DNA from: Eukaryota sp. GEM-RC1
Lineage: Eukaryota
Length of the DNA: 64,000 nt
Reading direction: 5' to 3'
NCBI GenBank assembly: GCA_040285855.1
Contig: JAUFOQ010000003.1
Span: 1,302,001 to 1,366,000, forward strand
The number at the start of each line of letters is the position of its first letter. Positions within the stretch are counted from its first letter, which is position 1. A program made the translations under genes and the position numbers. Of this stretch, positions 19,794-34,100 are shown one piece after another. The notes beneath the pieces are model-generated. The model was not told where the DNA came from. It saw nothing but the letters and a program-made list of their open reading frames with translations, and made no database searches.

Positions 19794-22700
19794 TCACGAA
19801 TTCCGTCCAAGTTCTTTCATTGTTTCATCCTTTAACTTGTTACAAATCTCATAAAACAGTGCAGACTCCCGATGTTCATGCTTCTTTGGAGTACTACTAT
19901 TAGACCTGGGAATGGGATGAGGTTTAGGTAAAACCAATGAGGGAGAGTGAAGAACAGAAGGAGAGGGAGCAAATCGTTCTGAGGAAGGAACCCAAGGACT
20001 TGAAGGAGATTTACTTTTCTCCAAATTAAAATTAGCCTTTTGTAATTCTCTAACTCTACTCTGCAGCTCATCAACAGCAGACCTTTTCGAGGAACGTACA
20101 CGTGACCTTGATTGGCTCACATAGGGTGTATACGAGTGGACAGCGGGTGAGCTGTCAGTTATAGACTGTACTGTAGACTCCAATTCAGAGATACGTTTTC
20201 TAGACAACTTCAACTCTTCAAGAATGGGACTAGTAACACTGTGTTCTGAACTTCTGGTACTTCTAAAGGAAGATCTTAAATCACTGATAGAATTACGTAA
20301 ATCAAGAATTACTTCATCACGGTCTTGAAGATCCTCTTTACACGTCATCAAACGACGACGGAGGATGTCAACTGTAGCGTCACTTTCACCTCTGAGAGCT
20401 TCTAAGGCATTAATTTGAGCTTTAAGATCGAAAATTTGAGAATTTAAAATTTTTGTTTGGGAAGATGTTGACTCAAGATTCACAAATACCTGGTGATAAT
20501 CGTGTTCCAGTTCATGATACTTCTCTGTCAATTTAGCTAACTGACGCGAGGAATCCTTGTGGGAAGCTAACCGTGCCTTCAAGTCTTCAATTGCCATTGA
20601 CTTCTTTTCAACAGCGGCTGTACATTCTTGAATATAAGCTAATAATTTGTTTTTGGACTCAGACAAACCTTCTACCCTGTTACATAGAGCATCAGAGTTC
20701 TTTCTTTCTTCTAGTAAAAGCTGACTTAGAGAACGATTGGAGCTTTCTAATTGTAACACTTTGGTGGATAATTCAGAAATCGAAGATGATAGTTTTAGGC
20801 TTTCAAAGCGAAGTTTCTTTTGTTCAGCGTTGTTATCATCGTTGATAGCTGATAATGATTGTTTGGAATCAGAAAGTGATGAGATTCGATCCCTTAGTGA
20901 TTGGTTTCGAGTTCGTTCCCGTTGAAGTTTCTGATCGGCATCTTCTTGAATTTTTGAAATTTCATGAGACTTTTGTTGAAGTTGATGTTTAAAGTCCAAG
21001 ATAGACTTATCATGATCCTTACGTAGTTGATTTAAATTTTCGCTTAAATTTGAGATCTCAGAGTCTTTTTCTTCGATTAAGTCCTCTAATTCAACTTTAA
21101 CTTCAGTAATTGTTTTAATTTGTTCAACAATTTCAGACAGATATTGGTTCGTTCTGTGAGCTTCAGAATCTTTTTCACTAATTGTAGATTCCAAATCTTG
21201 AATAATTGATTCATAATTTGAAAGTTGAGTTTTTAATTCAGTCAATGAGTGATCATTTCCATCAGTAATAGATTTTAATTTCAAAGAAAGAGACGAAATT
21301 TCATCGTCTTTTTCTGACAACAATTGTTCCAAATTCAGTTTTTCTTTGATAATGTGTTGAATTTTACAAGTCAACAAGGAATGAGAATTTGGTGGTAACG
21401 AAGCAGTTTCATTGGGCATTTCAGGTAAATTATCTTGAATTTCGAATAATTCGGCTTCTTTTTCAGATATTTCAGTTTTGAGATTTGAAATTGCAGACTC
21501 GTAACTATTCAATTGGTCTTTTAACTGGGAAACTGTGGCAGATTCTTCACTACGTAGTTCACTCAAATTTTGGCTCAAATTTGAAATTTCTGTATCTTTT
21601 TCTTCAATTAATTCCTCTAATTCAATTTTTACTTCAGTAACTGCTTTAATTTGATCTACAATTTCAGAAAGATGAACGTTAGTCCTGCGAGCTTCAGAAT
21701 CTTTTTCACTAATTGTGGATTCCAAATCTTGAATAATTGATTCGTGATTTGAAAGTTGAGTTTTTAATTCAGTCAATGAGTGGTCATTTACATCAGTAAT
21801 AGATTTTAATTTCAAAGAAAGAGATGAAATTTCATCGTCTTTTTCTGACAACAATTGTTCCAAATTAAGTTTTTCTTTGACCATGTGTTGAATTTTACAA
21901 GTCAATAATGAATGAGAATTTGGTGGTAACGAGGCGGTTTCATTGGGAATTTCAGGTAAATTATCTTGAATTTCTAATAATTCGGCTTCTTTTTGAGCTA
22001 TTTCAGTTTTGAGATTTGAAATTGCTGACTCATAACTATTCAATTGGTCTTTTAACTGGGAAACTGTGGCAGAATCTTCACTACGTAGTTGACTCAAATT
22101 TTGCCTCAAATTTGAAATTTCTGTATCTTTTTCTTCAAGTAACTTCTCCAACTCAGATTTAGCTTCAGTAACTGCTTTAATTTGATCTACAATTCCAGAC
22201 AACTTTTGATCGGATTGTTGAGCTTCAGAATCTTTTCACTAATTGTAGATTCCAAATCTTGAATAAGGGCTTCATAATTTAAAAGTTGAGTTTTTAATTC
22301 AGTCAATGAGTGGTCATTTCCATCAGTAATAGATTTTAATTTCAAAGAAAGAGACGAAATTTCATCGTCTTTTTCTGACAACAATTGTTCCAAATTAAGT
22401 TTTTCTTTGATAATGTGTTGAATTTTACAAGTCAACAATGAATGAGAATTTGGTGGTAACGAGGCGGTTTCATCAGGCATTTCAGGTAAATTATCTTGAA
22501 TTTCTAAAAATTCGGCTTCTTTTTGAGCTATTTCAGCTTTGAGATTGGAAATTGTAGACTCGTAACTATTCAATTGGTCTTTTAACTGGGAAACTGTTGC
22601 AGAATCTTCACTACGTAGTTGACTCAAATTTGAAATTTCTGTATCTTTTTCTTCAAGTAACTTCTCCAACTCAGTTTTAGCTTCAGTAACTGCTTTAATT

Positions 22701-25700
22701 TGATCTACAATTCCAGACAACTTTTGATCGGATTGTTGAACTTCAGAATCTTTTTCACTAATTGTAGATTCCAAATCTTGAATAAGGGCTTCATAATTTA
22801 AAAGTTGAGTTTTTAATTCAGTCAATGAGTGGTCATTTCCATCAGTAATAGATTTTAATTTCAAAGAAAGAGATGAAATTTGATCGTCTTTTTCTGACAA
22901 CAATTGTTCCAAATTCAGTTTTTCTTTGATAATGTGTTGAATTTTACCAGTCAACAATAAATGAGAATTTGGTGGTAACGAAGCGGTTTCATTGGGCATT
23001 TCAGGTAAATTATCTTGAATTTCGAATAATTCGGCTTCTTTTTGAGCTATTTCAGCTTTGAGATTGGAAATTGCAGACTCGTAACTATTCAATTGGTCTT
23101 TTAACTGGGAAACTGCGGCAGAATCTTCACTACGTAGTTGACTCAAATTTGAAATTTCTGTATCTTTTTCTCCAAGTAACTTCTCCAACTCAGTTTTAGC
23201 TTCAGTAACTGCTTTAATTTGATCTACAATTCCAGACAGCTTGTGATCGGATTGTTGAACTTCAGAATCTTTTTCACTAATTGTAGATTCCAAATCTTGA
23301 ATAAGGGCTTCATAATTTAAAAGTTGAGTTTTTAATTCAGTCAATGAGTGGTCATTTCCATCAGTAATAGATTTTAATTTCAAAGAAAGAGACGAAATTT
23401 CATCGTCTTTTTCTGACAACAATTGTTCCAAATTAAGTTTTTCTTTGATAATGTGTTGAATTTTACAAGTCAACAATGAATGAGAATTTGGTGGCAACGA
23501 AGCGGTTTCATCAGGCATTTCAGGTAAATTATCTTGAATTTCTAAAAATTCGGCTTCTTTTGAGCTATTTCAGCTTTGAGATTGGAAATTGCAGACTCGT
23601 AACTATTCAATTGGTCTTTGAACTGGGAAACTGTGGCAGAATCTTCACTACGTAGTTGACTCCAAATTTGAAATTTCTGTATCTTTTTCTTCAAGTAACT
23701 TCTCCAACTCAGTTTTAGCTTCAGTAACTGCTTTAATTTGATCTACAATTCCAGACAACTTTTGATCGGATTGTTGAACTTCAGAATCTTTTTCACTAAT
23801 TGTAGATTCCAAATCTTGAATAAGGGCTTCATAATTTAAAAGTTGAGTTTTTAATTCAGTCAATGAGTGGTCATTTCCATCAGTAATAGATTTTAATTTC
23901 AAAGAAAGAGATGAAATTTGATCGTCTTTTTCTGACAACAATTGTTCCAAATTAAGTTTTTCGTCACTATCAACGGCAATTCTTTGATTCATCGACTGTT
24001 TTTCCTTTTGAATTAATTCAGATAATTTAGAATTTTCCAGTTCCTTTTCAGCCAATTCAGCCTTTAATTCTTCTAAATCCACAGACGAATCAGTAACTAC
24101 TTGGTTTTTAAAATTTGCCAATGTAGAAATCTCTGCAACTAACCTCTGAGGAACAGTTCCTCTTGTTCTAATTTCAGTAATTAAATCAGTAAAATACTGA
24201 GAAACACTAGAAAGTTCATCTGATTGCGCTTCTAGTTTACTAACTTGGTCATCAAAATCAACGATATTTGTCTCTAAATACAGTGAATCTAATTGAGATC
24301 TGACTTGATCTAATTGTTGATCATTTGCTGAGAGAGATTGTTTTAAGAAAGTTATCACGTGTGATGGAGAAAGTGAAGAACAATCTAAAGGAGGGGTATT
24401 TGAATTGTCTTGAATTTCTAATAATTCGGCTTCTTTTTGAGCTATTTCAGCTTTGAGATTGGAAATTGCAGACTCGTAACTATTCAATTGGTCTTTTAAC
24501 TGGGAAACTGTGACAGAATCTTCACTACGTAGTTGACTCAAATTTTGACTCAAATTTGAAATTTCTGTATCTTTTTCTTCAAGTAACTTCTCCAACTCAG
24601 TTTTAGCTTCAGTAACTGCTTTAATTTGATCTACAATTCCAGACAACTTTTGATCGGATTGTTGAACTTCAGAATCTTTTTCACTAATTGTAGATTCCAA
24701 ATCTTGAATAAGGGCTTCATAATTTAAAAGTTGAGTTTTTAATTCAGTCAATGAGTGGTCATTTCCATCAGTAATAGATTTTAATTTCAAAGAAAGAGAT
24801 GAAATTTGATCGTCTTTTTCTGACAACAATTGTTCCAAATTAAGTTTTTCGTCACTATCAACGGCAATTCTTTGATTCATCGACTGTTTTTCCTTTTGAA
24901 TTAATTCAGATAATTTAGAATTTTCCAGTTCCTTTTCAGCCAATTCAGCCTTTAATTCTTCTAAATCCACAGACGAATCAGTAACTACTTGGTTTTTAAA
25001 ATTTGCCAATGTAGAAATCTCTGCAACTAACCTCTGAGGAACAGTTCCTCTTGTTCTAATTTCAGTAATTAAATCAGTAAAATACTGAGAAACACTAGAA
25101 AGTTCATCTGATTGCGCTTCTAGTTTACTAACTTGGTCATCAAAATCAACGATATTTGTCTCTAAATACAGTGAATCTAATTGAGATCTGACTTGATCTA
25201 ATTGTTGATCATTTGCTGAGAGAGATTGTTTTAAGAAAGTTATCACGTGTGATGGAGAAAGTGAAGAACAATCTAAAGGAGGGGTATTTGAATTGTCTTG
25301 AATTTCTAATAATTCGGCTTCTTTTTGAGCTATTTCAGCTTTGAGATTGGAAATTGCAGACTCGTAACTATTCAATTGGTCTTTTAACTGGGAAACTGTG
25401 ACAGAATCTTCACTACGTAGTTGACTCAAATTTTGACTCAAATTTGAAATTTCTGTATCTTTTTCTTCAAGTAACTTTTCCAACTCAGTTTTAGCTTCAG
25501 TAACTGCTTTAATTTGATCTACAATTCCAGACAACTTTTGATCGGATTGTTGAACTTCAGAATCTTTTTCACTAATTGTAGATTCCAAATCTTGAATAAG
25601 TGCTTCATAATTTGAAAGTTGAGTTTTTAATTCAGTCAATGAGTGGTCATTTCCATCAGTAATAGATTTTAATTTCAAAGAAAGAGACGAAATTTCATCG

Positions 25701-28283
25701 TCTTTTTCTGACAACAATTGTTCCAAATTCAGTTTTTCGTCACTAACAATGGCAATTCTTTGATTCATCGACTGTTTTTCCTTTTGAATTAATTCAGATA
25801 ATTTAGAATTTTCCTGCTCCTTTTCAGCCAATTCAGCCTTTAATTCTTCTAAATCCACAGACGAATCAGTATCTACATGGTTTTTAAAATTTCCTAATGC
25901 AGAAATCTCTGCAACTAACCTCTGAGGAACAGTTCCTTTTGTTCTAATTTCAGTAATTAAATCAGTAAAATACTGAGAAACACTAGAAAGTTCATCTGAT
26001 TGCGCTTCTAGTTTACTAACTTGGTCATCAAAATCAACGATATTTGTCTCTAAATACAGTGAATCTAATTGAGATCTGACTTGATCTAATTGTTGATCAT
26101 TTGCTGAGAGAGATTGTTTCAGAAAAGTTATCACGTGTGATGGAGAAAGTGAAGAACAATCTAAAGGAGAGCTGTTTGAATTATCTTGAATTTCTAATAA
26201 TTCAGCTTCTTTTGAGCTATTTCAGCTTTGAGATTGGAAATTGCAGACTCGTAACTATTCAATTGGTCTTTTAACTGGGAAACTGTGGCAGAATCTTCAC
26301 TACGTAGTTGACTCCAAATTTGAAATTTCTGTATCTTTTTCTTCAAGTAACTTTTCCAACTCAGTTTTAGCTTCAGTAACTGCTTTAATTTGATCTACAA
26401 TTCCAGACAACTTTTGATCGGATTGTTGCACTTCAGAATCTTTTTCACTAATTGTAGATTCTAAATCTTGAATAAGTGCTTCATAATTTGAAAGTTGAGT
26501 TTTTAATTCAGTCAATGAGTGGTCATTTCCATCAGTAATAGATTTTAATTTCAAAGAAAGAGACGAAATTTCATCGTCTTTTTCTGACAACAATTGTTCC
26601 AAATTCAGTTTTTCGTCACTAACAACGGCAATTCTTTGATTCATCGACTGTTTTTCCTTTTGAATTAATTCAGATAATTTGGAATTTTCCAGCTCCTTTT
26701 CAGCCAATTCAGCCTTTAATTTTTCTAAATCCACAGACGATTCAGTAACTACTTGGTTTTTAAAATTTCCTAAATCAGAAATCTCTGCAACTAACCTCTG
26801 AGGAACAGTTCCTTTTGTTCTAATTTCAGTAATTAAATCAGTAAAATACTGAGAAACACTAGAAAGTTCATCTGATTGCGCTTCTAGTTTACTAACTTGG
26901 TCATCAAAATCAACGATATTTGTCTCTAAATACAGGGAATCTAATTGAGATCTGACTTGATCTAATTGTTGATCATTTGCTGAGAGAGATTGTTTCAGGA
27001 AAGTTATCACGTGTGATGGAGAAAGTGAAGAACAATCTAAAGGAGGGGTATTTGAATTATCTTGAATATCTAATAATTCAGCTTCTTTTTGAGCTATTTC
27101 AGCTTTGAGATTGGAAATTGCAGACTCGTAACTATTCAATTGGTCTTTTAACTGGGAAACTGTGGCAGAATTTTCACTACGTAGTTGACTCAAATTTGAA
27201 ATTTCTGTATCTTTTTCTTCAAGTAACTTTTCCAACTCAGTTTTAGCTTCAGTAAGAACTTGAATCTGACTTAAATATTCTTCTCCACTGACTGAATCAT
27301 CGCCATCGCCACTTACTTCTGTAGCAATCGACATCTCACCTGCCTGTTTAGAAATCTGATTAAAATGATTACCCCAATCACGTGACTGTCTAGGTGTCTT
27401 AGCCAAAGAAAAGAAAAGACAAATCGTCATCATCGCTAGCTGCTAACTGTTGTTCCAACTCAGCGATCCTATTACTTGCCTTAACAAGTTCTTGACCACG
27501 TTTTTTTAATGTTGATTCAGTTTCGTCAAGTTTAAAAACCAAAGAATTCCGTTCCTGAACTACAGCACGTGATTTAGTATGAATTCTCTTGACTTCTGCC
27601 TCTAGTTCTGACACTCTGTTCTGAAGAGCAGTATTTTCATTAACAACTCCTTGGTAGAGTTCATTCTTTTCACTTAACTGAACACGTAAAGAACGTTGTT
27701 CAACGTCTAAAAAGCGGGTTCTGGCCTCTTCTCGTTCTGATTCAAGGATGCTGGAGGAATCAAGATGGTTCAAAGAGGGTATACAGTAGCAAGTGAAGAG
27801 GCGGTAATGAGGAAGGTCTGAGATGGGAGTTCTGGTAAGACATAGAGTTGAGAGCGAACAAGATTTAGAGAGATGTTGGACTTCACGCAGAGAAGTTATG
27901 GGGTTTCCGGAAAGTCGGAGTTCTGTAAGAGATTTGAGTTTGGAAAGAGATGGTGGGATATGAGAAATGTGGTTGTCGTTTAGAATCAATATTTCAATAG
28001 AGGTAAGAGCCTGGATGTTATCAAAGCATGTGATTCTGTTTAATGAGAGGTCCAGTAGTCTTAGACCTGGGAGAATGCCAGAAAGTGAAGTTATGGCATG
28101 ATCATTGATGATTAATTCACGAAGGTTTGGCAGTAAGTGTAGGTTCTCTATTGTACGGATGTAGTGGTTATCAGAATGTTGACGTTTGAACACGAGACGT
28201 GAAGATTCCTTCAGGGTGTCTGAAGTTTGACTTGTGGCACGGATAAGAAGATCATTTGTGAGGTAACGAGTTTGCTCAGACAT
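19794..28283 (-). CDS. Large N-terminal LRR plus coiled-coil repeat protein (centriolin-like architecture), split by homopolymer frameshifts
   Basis: SDS22-type LRRs and LRRcap (YRLF...IPSLNHLD...ER) in 27399-28283, then heptad-rich tandem repeats and a unique C-terminus. Confidence 0.7.
21040..27255 (-). repeat. Intragenic tandem repeats: four units of 876-888 bp and about five units of 519-531 bp sharing a common core
   Basis: Landmarks at 24081/24969/25857/26733 and 21421/21952/22482/23001/23520. Confidence 0.9.
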
Positions 28284-29005
28284 AAAAGTGCATGCAGGTT
28301 GATCAAATTGGTGCGTGGTGGTTTTTTTGGAAGTTATTATCTTGATGTAATTTTCGAGTTTTGTACTACAATGTAGTATCTTCAGAATCTACCATTTGTG
28401 GTTAATTCCAAGGGTTAAATCTGCAGCGGTTTAACCCCTAATTTGACCAATTCTACTTGGAATTGGTTCAAGTCAGCTCTGAAAGAACTTCAAGGTTTCT
28501 TTTATAAACCTGCCCTTTTAGGAAGGAATACTAATAGAGTAATAAAGTGTGTTTCTTTGATTCACTCGGAACAGACATTTTAAAAAAAGATGTAGATATG
28601 TGATTTAAACGGTTTTATAATTTCGTTTTTGGTTGTCGTCTTAAATGTAAAACTGCTAATGTACGGTAATCTGATCTTTTAGGTTTTTGATGTCTGATTA
28701 TACATCAATGTCAAATAACTAATTTTTGTATTACAAGTAATTGTAACAAGCCGACTTGTTCATTGAATATGAATTAAAACAGATGAAAGAATAATACACA
28801 CTTTAATACTTTCACATAATAACTTCACTATACTTGCAAAAAACCATTTCATCACTGGTAATAACACTAACAGTTCTATCACAATAGGTCACCAAAGAAC
28901 CCTATTCCAACTTGACTCAAACTTATTTCAAAAACACTCAATATACACATCATCATCAATCAAATCGATCACTCAATAGGAACATAGTAAGCCAAGCCAA
29001 TGCAA

Positions 29006-30067
29006 CTACTTTGGAGTTGATTTAGAACTCTTCCCTCTATAAGTAAGAGATCGTATCTTATCAATCTTTTTCCGATGTTCATCGTGCGCTTTCTTCCTCA
29101 ACGGTTCTTCCACCTCAACAAACTTACGTAATTCCTTCACAGTCTTAATTCCATGTTCAACTCCCTTAATTATATCACTAAACTCCGACCGAACTTTCTG
29201 TTCTTCAATTAGCAAGTCAACAAACTTCTGAAACTCTGAATGTTCATGATGTGGATAGAATTGGGCGAAGACTCTGGTATCATTCCTAATCCGCCTTTCC
29301 CATTCAGGAATGTTTTTGTTTTTACACTCTCGATTTGCAGGATTTAATAAATTACGGTGGACTACAAAGTCCTTTCTAAAGGCACGTTCTGCAACTATAT
29401 CATGATAGGCTGAGAATAATTCGAGTTGTAGCTCTCCTACATACGCAGAATCCTCCTTTATAGTGGAGAAAGTGACCAGAGCCTTATCAGCATCATGTCT
29501 GTATTCCTCAACGAAGTCGTGGCGAAAGGGATTGTACAATACATCAGTCTGGAACTTGCGTTCTTGTTCTTCTTCTTTAGACTTTGGTTCAGGAAGTTCA
29601 GAGGGGGCTTTGTCGTGTATTATGGGTTCAGGTTCTGGTTCTACAGGCGGAGAGGCGGTAAGAGCGGGCGGAGGCTTGAAAGATGGATCAGGGAGACGAT
29701 AGGTGCCGTGATTATAGGTTTGAAGATAGTGACGCTTTACTTCAGTGGGAGTAATGGCACCAATGTGTTCAGCAATGCCTTCCCAATTACATAGACCATA
29801 GAGGTCAATGGCTTCCATAAGTAGCAGTTCATCTTCAGCGGACCAATGACCTTCAAACAAAGGTTTAGATTTGAAATCAAGAACTCGATAGCAATGAGTT
29901 TTACGGTGACCATCTAATTCAACACCCACAGAGAAGCAATTAAGACAAAGATCAAAGTCCGGACATTCAGCGCAACGTATATGAACTTCAGCACTGATAT
30001 TTGCGCGACAGTTGTTGCAGTGATAGTCACGAGGTGCTGGTGTAGGTGGAGGAGGATTACTGCTCAT
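29006..30067 (-). CDS. ADA2: Transcriptional adaptor ADA2 (ZZ zinc finger plus SANT)
   Basis: YHCNNC...IRCAECPDFDLCLNCFSVG, WSAEDELLL...YGLCNW, YNPFRHDFVEEY. True start is probably MSSNPPP at 30067; no SWIRM domain visible. Confidence 0.88.
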   Translation of the reverse strand: MSSNPPPPTPAPRDYHCNNCRANISAEVHIRCAECPDFDLCLNCFSVGVELDGHRKTHCYRVLDFKSKPLFEGHWSAEDELLLMEAIDLYGLCNWEGIAEHIGAITPTEVKRHYLQTYNHGTYRLPDPSFKPPPALTASPPVEPEPEPIIHDKAPSELPEPKSKEEEQERKFQTDVLYNPFRHDFVEEYRHDADKALVTFSTIKEDSAYVGELQLELFSAYHDIVAERAFRKDFVVHRNLLNPANRECKNKNIPEWERRIRNDTRVFAQFYPHHEHSEFQKFVDLLIEEQKVRSEFSDIIKGVEHGIKTVKELRKFVEVEEPLRKKAHDEHRKKIDKIRSLTYRGKSSKSTPK

Positions 30068-30118
30068 TGACAAGCGAAGAGTGGTTGTGTGATAGTGAAC
30101 TGGGCCCCGTGTTAACAC

Positions 30119-31128
30119 CTATGTTCGGAGTCACCTCAACACGTGTTGGCCCAACACGTGTTGCAACACGTGTTGAATGGTGTTGGTCAGAACTTCAACA
30201 CGTGTTGGATATGTCATTCTTCTATGTCACTTCAATGAAATTGGCTAAATTTCTACTGTTCTTGATAAAACTATATTGATTAAAGGTAGAAAATTCAAGT
30301 TTACTCCAAAGTTTAGTTAAATGCAGGCTTGGCACTTGATAAAAAACGTTTAAAACGTATTTTGATAAAAACGACGTTTTTTATTCTTGTCAACGTTTTT
30401 TATATTCTGAATTGACACAAAAAGCACGACTTTCTACTCCATTTTTGTCTTAATGTGATAGGTGTTATGTCATGTATGTTGTTTCTGACCAAGAAAGACT
30501 GAAACAACACAAGAGTATTTGTTGGTGACACTATTGCCGGTACAGTATATGATCTTTGGTTCTGTATCTGAGTGGAACGACCTTCAGGTACACCCGGACA
30601 GTGTTCTTGTTGCATATACATTGTTATCTTCCCGTCCTGACCACGTGATCACCGTCAGATGAGCATTGTACTTCATCTCCATGGTGTTATCCTTCCAATG
30701 TCAAAAGAACATAGCTGCAATGATCGAACTATGAAAGATTTGGGTGATGAAAATGAAGTGAGAAAAAAGTGAAAAGTTGAAAAAGTTGATCTGCCCTTTT
30801 TGAACGTTTTTTATTTAATTCGAAAAAAACGTAAAAAACGATAAAAAACGTCGTTTTTTATTTTTGAGCAACGTTTTTTACAAGCCTGGTTAAATGTATG
30901 GATTATTGATGAGCTTTTCATGTTATCAGTTCTGGAATCGTTTAAAATCAGTTCCAATTTATCAACTTGATTCGGGTGTAACATGAGTGAAAAATAGATG
31001 TGTTTTTCTGTTGGTTGATCTTAAAGTGAGTTATTCTGTTCTTCTGCTCAGAAGTTATTCAACACGTGTTGGCGCCAACACGCAACACGTGTTGAATATT
31101 TTCCAACACCGTGTTGAACCGAACATAG
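30119..31128. mobile_element. Non-autonomous hAT-like element with 8-bp TSD GTTAACAC
   Basis: TIR CTATGTTCGG...CCGAACATAG; TSD at 30111-30118 and 31129-31136; subterminal CAACACGTGTTG palindromes. Confidence 0.85.
30324..30888. mobile_element. Nested non-autonomous hAT-like element with 8-bp TSD GTTAAATG
   Basis: TIR CAGGCTTG...CAAGCCTG; TSD at 30316-30323 and 30889-30896; subterminal AAAACG repeats. Confidence 0.88.
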
Positions 31129-31180
31129 GTTAACACGCATCCTTGTTCCTCATACATATTGTCGAACTTTCATTGTCGAG

Positions 31181-34100
31181 ATGGGTGACTCTCTCCTTTT
31201 CCCCACCGAGGATATAAATGACGCTGCCAAAGCTTTATCCTCACATCCAAGTCTTTCTCATATTTCTCACATCATCACTTATCCCCTAATTCAATCAAGC
31301 AATCTAGGAATTATTTTGGAACAAATAGTTGAAGCCATTCATCCTTCAAAAGCACCCCGTTCTCGTATAGAAGTTCTCAGACACCTTCCATCTTTTCTTT
31401 CAGGCTTCACATCCATCTCATCTGCATCATGCTCTCTTCTTTTTGACTGTGTCAATGATCTTCTTTACCAAAATCATCTATTCCTCCCGAAGCACAATCA
31501 TTCGGTTTCAATCTGATGCTTACTCTTCTTCAAAAACAACAAGACATTGGAAAGTGTGCTTCTACTCTCCTAGACATCGCTGTTCTTCCTTCAACTTCAT
31601 TCAAAAATTCTTTTTCTGTCATTGCAGGACTTACTCTTTGTTCCAAGATTTCAGATGACGTTGTATTTGTACCATATAGACATTTGGGGGTTTCAATTGG
31701 TAAAGCTATACTTAAACTGTACACCAAATCTCTTGATAATTATGCCAATATGCTATCACTGTTAACTCTGTTAAGTTCAATGGCTAGTACTGGATCAATA
31801 TTCTCTTTCGTTTCATTTCCCACTATGGTGTTTGTAATTGATCATTGCCAGAAGCTTTATTGGAAGAAGTTGCAGTCTTTTGGCCGGTTAGAGCCTTCAA
31901 CTGGGCAAATTCAAAGCTATATTATTCGAAATCAACTGTTTTTCAAACATGAGTTATTTGATAGTTTGTCGAACATATTGAAACATTCAGAAGCCATTAA
32001 TGATGAATACCTAAATCACAGAACCACTTTTGATTTTTTTTATTGCTCAAAACATTTTGAAATTTTTTAATTATCTGAGTTTACTTCCAGCAATTCCACT
32101 ATTCAACACCGTGTATTCTTTTCAACTCCTGCAGCCAGTTATCGAAGTCCTTTGTTTTACAGTCTCTTTTCCCTTTAGATTTAAAGATATTCTCTTCAGA
32201 TCATTTGCTATTCAAATTTTCGAACAAATTGTTACTTCTGGAGGTTCGAAACATTCTCACAATATTTTCCATCTTTTAATTAAATTTTTCAATCAATCTT
32301 TAAATTTTGAGTCCCAAGATAAGTTTGATAGAAGTTTATTAACTGCAACGGGATCTATTTGGTTTTGCTCTGAGTTCTGCTTCTGTGCAAACTCTCTTTC
32401 TTTTGTTCTAAGTCCAAAAGAAGTTCTCCCAGCTTTAGTTAATGCTCTGGACCATCAGGACATTAGAATTTACACTGAGATTCTCTCTGCAATCAATCAA
32501 GCAATCACTTGCCTTGGTCACGTCATGACAGACGAGTGGTGGCATATCCTAACAATTCTAGTTACTATTGAACATTTAATTCTTCAGACTTCCTATAATC
32601 CTGCTGTAAACTATATTGTTCAATTAACCCCTTTAAAACACAGTTCTTTCCTTCAACAGAATTACTCTGATCTAACTTGTCGAATTACTTATGTAGTCAA
32701 AAATACTAAACTTATTTTTTCCGAAACTTCCCTTTCTTGTCCTTATCATTACCACCATCTTCTTCTTTTGATTGGTCTTCCAATTGTTGAGGATTATGAA
32801 GCACTAGATCAAGCTGCTAGAGCGTTTGATTTTGTGTTTCCGAATCTATCTCACTGGGAAATTAGATTATCTGGAATTTTTAATTCTATTTTGAGAAGAA
32901 GCAATCGGTGTGTTGTGGCTGTCTCGGGTATTGCCAAAATGATCGAATTTGTTTCGAAATTGGATAATTCTGATAGACTTAAAATTTGTGAATTAATTAA
33001 ACTAGACTTTATCACCAAACAACACCCTGCTATTATTTGTTCTTTATTACTTTTCAATACTGTAATGTCAGTTATGATAGTAGAAATGGACAACTCAAAG
33101 TTTCAGGCTGTTTTTAGCGCTTTGTTTTACCAGTTTTATCATTTTTATTATCGATATTCCTTGAAAAGTTCTGACTTCTTTGATCAAGCTTCACACGGAG
33201 TTAGATTTTTCAATTTTTTATCTATTATTCAACTGTTAGTTTTACGTTATTGTTGGAAAATATGCCCTTCTTCTAGTTTCTTTGTTAAGTTATTACTGCA
33301 GGTGCTATCCAGTTTCAAACTAAGGAAAGATTTCATCAAGGAGACGATTATCCATTTCCTTTCTAGAATTGCGGCCAATCACAATTACGACATGATCTTA
33401 CACCCTTTTGATTGCAAACTCTGTGGAACTAACATCTTAGACTCTTCATACACGTGCCATTGTTGCGTTTTCAAACATATTTTAAAAGCTTCAGCTTCAT
33501 CTGGGGATTCTTTGATTTTTGATACAACCTCTAAGCTATTTGCTGCTTTTGACACAGTTGTAGATCATAATTCCAGTTCAACAATTACTTCTTTTTTCCT
33601 AAAGTCCCGTACCCCACCCTCTAGCGTTGTTGCTTTGCTGCAGAAGTTAAATTTCAAAGTTCAATTGATAGACTTTCCTTGTACCGCCGTAATATCACTA
33701 GTTTTATCATTCTTATCTACTGAAACCAATGTCAAGTACCAGAAAACTTTAATTTCTGTGCTTGTAGCTTGGTTTGAAAATCAGTGGTTCCTTAGCCAAG
33801 TGGATGTTGTCGGACTTATTGCCAAAATTCTGGAAATTTTAAAATCACCGGAAAAAATTTCAATTGAAAACATGGATATACTACAGAGTCTTTGTCCTTT
33901 GTTCGCTCTCCTTCCACATCATCTCTACTCAAATCACAGCGTCTTTATCAGATTTCTAGTTTTAATCAGATCTATTGTGCGTGGTGTTTTCAGATCCTTA
34001 CCCACTGTTCAAAATACCTCCATTTCAGACATTAGCCAAGAAGTATTTGTACCAATTTCAATTTTTATGAATTTATGTAAAGTTCTCTCCATATGTGCTG

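Noticed and set aside
28411..28440. GGGTTAAA...TTTAACCC hairpin
   Set aside because: Single short inverted repeat with no TSD, copies or context supporting function.
30400..30621. 73-aa ORF as a gene
   Set aside because: Lies inside the nested non-autonomous hAT element; at most a decayed transposase remnant.
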